A stretch of 32,000 nucleotides of DNA from Horticoccus luteus (GTDB lineage: Bacteria; Verrucomicrobiota; Verrucomicrobiia; Opitutales; Opitutaceae). Shown in pieces: positions 19,645-25,769 of this stretch. The notes below the pieces were generated by a model, which saw only the letters and a program-made list of their open reading frames with translations, made no database searches and was not told where the DNA came from. The position numbers and the translations under genes are program-made. Position 1 is the stretch's first letter. Every line of letters starts with the position of its first letter. The DNA lies in assembly GCF_019464535.1 (NCBI RefSeq), contig NZ_CP080507.1, positions 3,090,001 through 3,122,000 on the forward strand, in the 5' to 3' direction.

Positions 19645-19989
19645 TCAGCCTTCGCGCCGATAACGCACGCGTAGCAACGTTTCGCCCGCCGTTCCCGAAA
19701 ACCGCGTCGGCCGCGGCCCGCCGCCTACGTCGTAGCAAAGTTCCAGCACGTCGCCCTCAAGCCGCCAGATCGCGGGAATCGTTCTTCCCGCATTGGGTCC
19801 GGACGTGCCGATGAGATCGACGGTTGCCGCGCTCCCCTCAGCGCCAAACACCAACAGCCCCGCATCGCGCGACTCCGCAGACACCACCACATAGTTCGCG
19901 CCCGAAATCCGCCACCGCGTCGCGGGCATCGGAATTTGTTGCCCCGCCAATTCGGCGCTTTCGGGAAGCCACATGCCATCAAGAATCAT
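19645..19989 (-). CDS. TIGR03067-like small protein (lipocalin-like domain common in Planctomycetes/Verrucomicrobia)
   Basis: The sequence MILDGMWLPESAELAGQQIP...ATVDLIGTSGPNAGRTIPAIWRLEGDVLELCYDVGGGPRPTRFSG...LLRVRYRR matches my recollection of the family pattern (G.W...s.e..G ... tiDl ... GIY.l.gd.L.lc ... RP..F). I trimmed the start to the ATG at 19989. Confidence 0.55.
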   Translation of the reverse strand: MILDGMWLPESAELAGQQIPMPATRWRISGANYVVVSAESRDAGLLVFGAEGSAATVDLIGTSGPNAGRTIPAIWRLEGDVLELCYDVGGGPRPTRFSGTAGETLLRVRYRREG

Positions 19990-20309
19990 TCGCGCTATAC
20001 CGTCCACCGCCACGTCCCGTCGCGAGCAAAACTTCGCACTCGCTATTGGCACCCTCCCACGGCGGCCACGGCGCACGCTCGCTTCCGCTATCCGCTCCTG
20101 AAAAACACTGCGGACGCCCGGTTCGCCGTCCCCCAGTCCAACCCGCGCAGCACGCAAGCCCGCCGCCCACTTACGATCCCGTCCGTGCGTTGGCCGGTTT
20201 TGGATCACACTCCGTGTCGTCGCACTCCGCCTCGGCGTCGTCCGCGCCACCGCGCGCCGCTAGCGGTCGCCCGTTGACCGCGTCGCCCCTTTTTCCAACG
20301 CTGCGTGCC

Positions 20310-20975
20310 ATGGCTGCGGTTAAAATCACCTACTATCTCGAAGTCTTGTCGTCGTGGTGCGCCTGGGCTGAACCGACTTGGACGGAGCTGAAATCGCGCT
20401 ACGCCCATCGCGTCGATTTCGAGTGGAAGATTGCGCTCATGCGCCCCGCCGACTTCCCCATCTCGCGCGCGCAATGCGACTGGTTTTACCGCCGCAGCGG
20501 CACCGTGATGCGTTCGCCGTTCATGCTGCATTCGGGGTGGCTCGACGCCGCCCGCGCCGGCGACTACGCCGCGCCCAGCCTCGTCGCGGAAGCCGGCCGC
20601 GACCTCGGCTTCACTGACGATCGTCTCCGCCTCGCCCTCACTCACGCCGCCGTCCGCGAAGGCCGCCGCATCGGCGAACTTGCCGAAGCCGTCGCCGTGG
20701 CGAGCGCCGCCAGTGGCTGCGATGCCGCCCAACTGCGGGCCCTCGCCGAGTCGCCCGCGACCCGCGCCCGCGCCGAGGCGAGCACCGCGGAATTTCTTGC
20801 GCACCAAATCAATCAACGTCCCGCGTTTGTGTTGACCGATGCGATTGGCGACAAAGCCGTCTTCTCCGGGCTCGTGCGCCTCGAGCCCTTGGTGGCGACG
20901 ATCGAGACGATGCTCGCCGACACGAACGCCTACGCGAGTTTTGCGGCCCACTTCGGGGCGCCGCCCGCCGTCTGA
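20310..20975 (+). CDS. DsbA-like thioredoxin-fold protein (FrnE / HCCA-isomerase-like) with an S-S-W-C motif in place of C-P-W-C
   Basis: MAAVKITYYLEVLSSWCAWAEPTW aligns to the i.vy.D..CPWCy region of DsbA_FrnE-type proteins. I trimmed the start to the ATG at 20310. The upstream 162 codons of the track ORF are P/S/R-rich and overlap the opposite-strand gene. Confidence 0.6.
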   Translation: MAAVKITYYLEVLSSWCAWAEPTWTELKSRYAHRVDFEWKIALMRPADFPISRAQCDWFYRRSGTVMRSPFMLHSGWLDAARAGDYAAPSLVAEAGRDLGFTDDRLRLALTHAAVREGRRIGELAEAVAVASAASGCDAAQLRALAESPATRARAEASTAEFLAHQINQRPAFVLTDAIGDKAVFSGLVRLEPLVATIETMLADTNAYASFAAHFGAPPAV

Positions 20976-20994
20976 CGAACGCGACTCGCCGCTC

Positions 20995-21024
20995 GGTGGC
21001 GCGCCCCAGGACAGGCGTGCCACC
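20995..21024. terminator. Hairpin in a convergent intergenic gap (possible bidirectional terminator; no U-tract)
   Basis: The sequence is GGTGGCGCGCC-CCAGGACA-GGCGTGCCACC. Ten of 11 stem positions pair. Confidence 0.3.
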
Positions 21025-21046
21025 GGCAGCAGCGGTCCGCCGCCCT

Positions 21047-21478
21047 TTACATTTTCGGGGTGACGACCGGCGTGAGAGGCTTGTCGGAAATCGTAAACTG
21101 AATCGAACCCGACGTGTTCGCGTTCGTCACCGAGAACAGGAACTCCAGCGAACTCTCCTTCGGCATAACCGACGAGGTGAACGCGGTGCCCTGCATCTGG
21201 CTGACGAGTGTCCGCTCACCCGAGCTCGTCTGCTCATAAACATAGACGGTCACGTTGAGCGGAGAAACGACTTGATAGTAGAACGTCACGCCGGGCTCGA
21301 CCGAGATGACTTGGCGGGCGTTGACGTCGATATTTTGCGGACCGTAGCCGGAGAGCACCTGCGTGTTGCCGACTTTGACTTGATAGGTGACGGGATAATG
21401 GACGCTGGTGGTGGCGCAGCCGCCGATCACGAGAGCCAAGGCGAAAGCACAGAGCGAACGGATGAGGGTAATTTTCAT
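21047..21478 (-). CDS. Hypothetical lipoprotein
   Basis: MKITLIRSLCAFALALVIGGCATT is a signal peptide with a lipobox-like VIGG-C. The rest is beta-rich and Thr/Val/Ser-rich. Confidence 0.65.
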   Translation of the reverse strand: MKITLIRSLCAFALALVIGGCATTSVHYPVTYQVKVGNTQVLSGYGPQNIDVNARQVISVEPGVTFYYQVVSPLNVTVYVYEQTSSGERTLVSQMQGTAFTSSVMPKESSLEFLFSVTNANTSGSIQFTISDKPLTPVVTPKM

Positions 21479-21843
21479 GGGAATGTGAGTGTTATCGCCC
21501 GCCGGGAAACGGCTTAGCGAATCAGCCGCTGGTCACGCGCCGCCGCCCAAAGTTCCCGCTGTCCTCACCTCGCGCCCGCAGGAAACGCCGTGCGCGTCGC
21601 CCCCGCTGGCGAACCGCGATCCGCGCAGCGGTCTCGCCACCCACGCTCCTCCACGACAAACCACAAAGCCAGACCCCGTCCTCTGCGCCCCAGCAGCGAA
21701 CGCCCGCTGGCGCTCGAATCAAAGCGAACCAGCGACCGCGAATCCATGGCGTGGCGCATGCGCCAACGGCAATTCCAAGAAATCGCGATCCGCCACGCAT
21801 GGGCGGCGCGGCAACAGCAATGGCAGGGAGTGCGTCAACGTCT

Positions 21844-22350
21844 ATGAACTTCAATGAGGCAATGGCACGGAGACGGTCCAGAGAGAAGGGGCGCGAATCG
21901 TGTTACCTGAGCGACGGGAACGCGCGGGTGCTCGCGCTTGAATGGCGGAGGGGCAAGCGCCGCATTCTGTCGTGGTCGAGATTCAATGAAGCCACGTTAG
22001 AGGACGGTGAGCTTGTTTTGTCCTTCGTCGGGCGAGAGGTGGTCATCCACGGTCTGAATCTAGGTGAGCTGGCCGACGCCATCGAGGAAAACCGTCTCGC
22101 GAAAATTTGGGAACAGCGCGCGGAATATCAACCGCCACCGGGCGCGGATTGCCCGTCGATCAACGCAGTTGAAACTTGGGTTTGGGACGATGAAAGCGAC
22201 AGCGGTGGGACTTTTTTTCAGGTAAGCTGCACCCCTCCCGAAAAATGCGCCAGTGGAGGGCGGCACTCGAAAAAATCAGAGCGCAATCAACGTTTTGAGG
22301 AAAGCTACTGCACCGGCGACATCCACATCCGATTTCGGCGTCTTAATTAG
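21844..22350 (+). CDS. Hypothetical protein; start uncertain; 3' end overlaps the convergent nuclease-candidate gene by 75 nt
   Basis: This is the only long open frame in the region. Alternative in-frame starts are at 21751 (GTG), 21799, 21820 and 21862. The 5' two thirds have host-like GC (41/60 at 21901-21960; 38/60 at 22021-22080). The tail translation (GGRHSKKSERNQRFEESYCTGDIHIRFRRLN) looks non-native. No family is recognised. Confidence 0.35.
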   Translation: MNFNEAMARRRSREKGRESCYLSDGNARVLALEWRRGKRRILSWSRFNEATLEDGELVLSFVGREVVIHGLNLGELADAIEENRLAKIWEQRAEYQPPPGADCPSINAVETWVWDDESDSGGTFFQVSCTPPEKCASGGRHSKKSERNQRFEESYCTGDIHIRFRRLN

Positions 22351-23436
22351 TTCGCTGATAGTCCTGCCCTCGAATTGCGAAACGCCACGAGAATTTCGCC
22401 CGCTCCAATGCTTGAGCAAGAGTGTGGCCCTGAGCAAATCGGTCTGAAACATGGAGACGAGGACGGTGTTCACGATCCTCGTTGGATCGACGCCGACAAA
22501 ATAAAACATGAAGACACTCTTTTCTGTCGCCAGAAACTCGAGGATTTTGTCGATGTTGTATCCCTTCGGATTAGACGATAGAATCATGATTTTCGTTTTT
22601 ACGTCCGTCTCGGTGAAGTAGTCATCGAAGATGCGTTGGTAATCTCCGAGCGTGTTGTCCGTTTTGAATGCGGGAAGTCCCTTGGATGTGCTCTTCGTCT
22701 GCAGGGCCTTTATGATTTCGCCTCGTAAGGCGTAATCTTCGCCTGCGATCAGATACTCGATGATCCGACCGCGCACGTTCACATTTTCAATCAGTGCGGC
22801 CAAAATGATTTCATTTTTGAATCGTGCGACCTTTTCATCCAGTTCGCGCTTTAGAGTCACTGCGTCAGCCGAGGCGACGAACCTTGCGGCTCGCGCTGGA
22901 CCGTCCAAGATTACCGCCTCCAGTTTTGGGGCGACGCCAAATTTTCGACCCGTCGGCGCGATGTTATTCGTGCTTTCTACGAGACGCGGAAGATTTCCCT
23001 CGAAACCAATTTCGGTGTGAATGTCGAAAAGCCGCTGGATGTTCGAAGGCACGTTTTCGATGCCTTCTAGCTCTCGAAGAATATCTGAACCGTTGAAGCT
23101 ACCTTTGATGTTATCGACCCGCAGTTGCTGACTGGAATGACTTATCTTCCGCAAGAGAGTAGTGTTGGCCAACAGAACATAGTTTTCAGCAGGCGTTACC
23201 AAGCAGACGAGGAACGGAAGCTGATCGACCTTTCTAAGGTTCGAAAGGGATAGGACCGTGTTCGAAAAACTCTGGCGTGCGCCGGAAGAGAAGCGAATGG
23301 CGAGGTCATCGCAGTAATACACCGACCGATCTCGCGTTAGAGCGAATTTCTCGACGACGAGTTTGGCCAGCTTGGCTTTGTCGTTTATACCGTCATTCGC
23401 CGCAATGAACTCCAATAATTGGGGTAATTTGCTCAT
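22276..23436 (-). CDS. Candidate Type II restriction endonuclease (386 aa; family not recognised)
   Basis: Its ATG (23436-23434) lies one nucleotide after the stop (TAG, 23440-23438) of the upstream DNA methyltransferase. The two genes share the same strand and the same AT-richer composition. A possible PD-(D/E)XK-like core is LGD265-YQRIFDDYFTET-D278-V-K280. The function is inferred from context only. Confidence 0.5.
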   Translation of the reverse strand: MSKLPQLLEFIAANDGINDKAKLAKLVVEKFALTRDRSVYYCDDLAIRFSSGARQSFSNTVLSLSNLRKVDQLPFLVCLVTPAENYVLLANTTLLRKISHSSQQLRVDNIKGSFNGSDILRELEGIENVPSNIQRLFDIHTEIGFEGNLPRLVESTNNIAPTGRKFGVAPKLEAVILDGPARAARFVASADAVTLKRELDEKVARFKNEIILAALIENVNVRGRIIEYLIAGEDYALRGEIIKALQTKSTSKGLPAFKTDNTLGDYQRIFDDYFTETDVKTKIMILSSNPKGYNIDKILEFLATEKSVFMFYFVGVDPTRIVNTVLVSMFQTDLLRATLLLKHWSGRNSRGVSQFEGRTISELIKTPKSDVDVAGAVAFLKTLIAL

Positions 23437-23437
23437 C

Positions 23438-24529
23438 CTAAAAGAGGTTCAACGTCGGCTCTGCGGCCTCCGATTTGACAAAGCGAGGGCGGCCACGGGG
23501 ACGTGGCGCGTTCGAAATTGGCTGGCCTTCTTGTCCGTCGAGCGCGTCGCCTATTCCAGAAGCACCCAATACAGCCCGTGTTTCTCCTTTTTGATCAGCT
23601 AGGGAGTTCCGCTCCCAAAACACCCCGTCCGCATACCCTTGGATCGAAGGGGACGCGTCCGCGATACTTAGGCGCTTCATTGTCCAGCAGCAGTATTCCG
23701 TATTTTGCTCTACCCCCGCAAATCGACGCCCAAGCTTCTTCGCTACAACTGCTGTAGTCCCACTGCCGAGGAACGGATCGAAAACGAATCCACCTTTAAC
23801 CGTGCTCGCGAGGATAAGCTTCGCGATCAGCTTTTCTGGTTTTTGGGTGGGGTGATCTGTGTTTTCTGGCATCGACCAAAACGGGATTGTTATGTCCGTC
23901 CAGATATTCGATGGGTGCGTTAGCCGATAATTTCCGTCTTCGCTCTCATCCCAGTCCTTGGGTTTTCCATCCGCATCTCGATAAGGAGCGATCACCTTAC
24001 GCTTAAGCTTAACGGCATCGACGTTGAATGTGTAGTCGTCGGAATCGGAGGCGGTGCAAAACCAAATATCCTCGGTATTGTTCTTCCAGTTACTTTTGGC
24101 TCCACGGCCTTTTTCACGCTCCCAAGTAATTCGGTTTCTCACGCAAAGACGTTCTTCAAGCACGGGCGCTATTAGCATCGATGTTTTCCAATCAGAGCAT
24201 ACGTAGACGGTGCCGTTCGGCTTCAATGTCGGGATCAGAACATCGAGGATTGAACGGAAATAGGCAGTGTATTCCGCGCCTTCCTTACCCCTGAAAGTAT
24301 TCCCGTGAAAGTTTTTGAAGAGATTGTAGGGGGGATCGAGAACGATCAGGTCCGCAAAACCTCTTGGCAGATAACGCCCAGCATCAAAGAAGTCCTGATT
24401 AATGACCTTCCCATCCAGTTCCTCCGAGGACGAAAGAGATGCGAGTCGCGAAAGTTTTTCTGAAAGATGGTCGATCTCCTCCGCCGAGCAGGTTAGCGTC
24501 CTATTTCTCGGGGCACGTTGTTTTTCCAT
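23438..24529 (-). CDS. Beta-class DNA methyltransferase (N6-adenine or N4-cytosine; DPPY favours N6-adenine)
   Basis: Motif IV, LIVLDPPYNL, is near the N-terminus. HPTQKPEKL and motif I, FVFDPFLGSGTTAVVAKKLGRRFAGVE, are near the C-terminus. This IV-before-I order defines the beta class and resembles CcrM/HinfI/RsrI-type enzymes. There is a C-terminal tail of about 80 aa. Confidence 0.88.
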   Translation of the reverse strand: MEKQRAPRNRTLTCSAEEIDHLSEKLSRLASLSSSEELDGKVINQDFFDAGRYLPRGFADLIVLDPPYNLFKNFHGNTFRGKEGAEYTAYFRSILDVLIPTLKPNGTVYVCSDWKTSMLIAPVLEERLCVRNRITWEREKGRGAKSNWKNNTEDIWFCTASDSDDYTFNVDAVKLKRKVIAPYRDADGKPKDWDESEDGNYRLTHPSNIWTDITIPFWSMPENTDHPTQKPEKLIAKLILASTVKGGFVFDPFLGSGTTAVVAKKLGRRFAGVEQNTEYCCWTMKRLSIADASPSIQGYADGVFWERNSLADQKGETRAVLGASGIGDALDGQEGQPISNAPRPRGRPRFVKSEAAEPTLNLF

Positions 24530-24690
24530 GCACGGACACTAGAACGGAAGGTGCTTCTGAAAACAAAATAGCGTGCAGATCCGCGGGAACTCGGAATGGA
24601 CGGGCAGCAAACGTCCCATAAATTTCGTGACGCTTTCGGACGCCGATTTTTGAGAGAAGACAGTAAACATCAGTGACCAAGGGAACCCAT

Positions 24691-24720
24691 GTTGCCACTC
24701 TCGTTGCCACTAACGCCACT
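24691..24720. repeat. Short direct repeats GTTGCCACT (x2) plus GCCACT at 12-nt spacing
   Basis: The sequence reads catGTTGCCACTctcGTTGCCACTaacGCCACTtttt. It lies between the tRNA-Asp terminator and the methyltransferase upstream region. Confidence 0.6.
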
Positions 24721-24764
24721 TTTTGAAACAAAAAACCCGCTTCCTTTTGCGAGGAAACGGGTTT
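24721..24764 (-). terminator. Rho-independent terminator of tRNA-Asp
   Basis: The minus strand reads AAACCCGTTTCC-TCGCAAAA-GGAAGCGGGTTT. That is a 12-bp stem including one G-U wobble. It runs directly into TTTTTGTTTC and lies immediately 3' of the tRNA. Confidence 0.75.
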
Positions 24765-24770
24765 CAAAAC

Positions 24771-24847
24771 TGGCGGGATGGACGGGACTCGAACCCGCGA
24801 CCTTCTGCGTGACAGGCAGACGCTCTAACCAGCTGAGCTACCACCCC
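24771..24847 (-). tRNA. tRNA-Asp (anticodon GTC), CCA encoded
   Basis: The minus strand reads GGGGTGG TA GCTC AGCTGGTTA GAGC G TCTGC CTGTCAC GCAGA AGGTC GCGGG TTCGAGT CCCGT CCATCCC G CCA. This folds into a full cloverleaf of 77 nt. It has discriminator G73 and is very close to canonical bacterial tRNA-Asp. Confidence 0.95.
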
Positions 24848-24960
24848 GTGAGGGGAAAGACCGCGGAACGTAGGTTCGCCCCAAGACGAGTCAAGCGTGG
24901 TTTTGGCCTTGTGCGCCACTCCCCCCAAAGCTACCGCTTCGACCCGGTTTCGGCGTGCAG

Positions 24961-25037
24961 GCGGTGGTAGCTCAGCTGGATAGAGCAGCGGTTTTCTAAA
25001 CCGCCGGTCGGGTGTTCGAGTCACCTCCACCGCACCA
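24961..25037 (+). tRNA. tRNA-Arg (anticodon TCT), CCA encoded
   Basis: The sequence reads GCGGTGG TA GCTC AGCTGGATA GAGC A GCGGT TTTCTAA ACCGC CGGTC GGGTG TTCGAGT CACCT CCACCGC A CCA. The acceptor and anticodon stems are perfect, and the length is 77 nt. Confidence 0.93.
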
Positions 25038-25082
25038 CGCCGCACCCGTTTCCTGCCCTCCCCGTCGCTGCCTTCCGCCCCG

Positions 25083-25628
25083 TTACACCGACGCCTTGCG
25101 CGCTTCGCTGAACACCATGCGCCACAGCTCGCTCTCCCCGGCGATTCCGTCCGCCGTCAGCGCGGCCGCGATCGCGTCGAACGTCGGCTCCACGACCACA
25201 TGCTTGGGATCGGCGGCGAATTCCGGCCGCACCACGCGCGCCAGTGCCCAGCATGCCCACGCCCGCCAACGCCGTTGCTCGCGCCGCGGTTCGTTCATGC
25301 GATCGGCCAAGTGCTGAAAATGGTAGCGCGGGTTGCCGATGAACACCTCCGGCGGCGTGTGCGCGAGAAACCACGCCATCGCTCGATATGGCAGCGGCCA
25401 GTCGCGCAGCGCTGGTTCGTCGCCGCGCAAATCCGCGCCGAGCGCGCGATCGAGGCACAGCATCGCCCGCGCGGCCAGCCCGCGTTCCCACAACGCCTCG
25501 CCATATTCGAGGCACGCGCCATAGAATCCCGCGCCCCGCGGTTCACCGCGGAAAAGATGCAGCGCGCGCCAATCCAGGCCCGGCCGGGGCGAAGGCAACC
25601 AAGGACACGGCGGAAGCGAAGGCGGCAT
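25083..25628 (-). CDS. Hypothetical protein (181 aa, Trp/Arg-rich, helical-looking)
   Basis: Reading the codons directly shows strong third-position G/C bias through the whole frame. No family is recognised. It lies 141 nt downstream of the MFS gene on the same strand. Confidence 0.55.
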   Translation of the reverse strand: MPPSLPPCPWLPSPRPGLDWRALHLFRGEPRGAGFYGACLEYGEALWERGLAARAMLCLDRALGADLRGDEPALRDWPLPYRAMAWFLAHTPPEVFIGNPRYHFQHLADRMNEPRREQRRWRAWACWALARVVRPEFAADPKHVVVEPTFDAIAAALTADGIAGESELWRMVFSEARKASV

Positions 25629-25769
25629 GACGGGCCTTGGTGTCGCACGCCCGCGGCGCGGTCAACGTCGCGTTGGCCCAGCTGACCGATCAGTTGATCA
25701 GAGGGCTGAAGTCGCGTCGGTAAGGTGGACTGACATCCCCCAAGTCGGCGGATGTCACGCCTGCGCCCC

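Larger units (their letters stand above)
22200..24730. other. Compositionally distinct (AT-richer) two-gene restriction-modification island abutting tRNA-Asp
   Basis: Hand counts inside the island are 25/60 GC at 22561-22620, 29/60 at 22301-22360 and 29/60 at 24181-24240. The flanks give 41/60 at 21901-21960 and 40/60 at 25081-25140. The boundaries are approximate. Confidence 0.6.

Noticed and set aside
19824-20309. N-terminal 162 codons of the 383-aa ORF containing the DsbA-like protein
   Set aside because: This part is Pro/Ser/Arg-rich and overlaps the opposite-strand TIGR03067-like gene. The thioredoxin fold begins right at the internal ATG at 20310.
24501-24767. 88-aa minus-strand ORF upstream of the methyltransferase
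   Set aside because: It starts inside the tRNA-Asp terminator hairpin and overlaps the methyltransferase start. It has no coding bias or motifs.
21480-24770. Search for an att-type direct repeat of the tRNA-Asp 3' end at the far side of the island
   Set aside because: By eye I found no copy of the tRNA 3' segment (tggcgggatggacgggactcgaacc or a sub-string of it) near 21,500-22,300. I therefore make no claim of tRNA-targeted site-specific integration. A computational repeat search is still needed.
24689-25045. ORFs 24689..24970 (plus strand) and 24764..25045 (minus strand)
   Set aside because: They read through the two tRNA genes and are artefacts.
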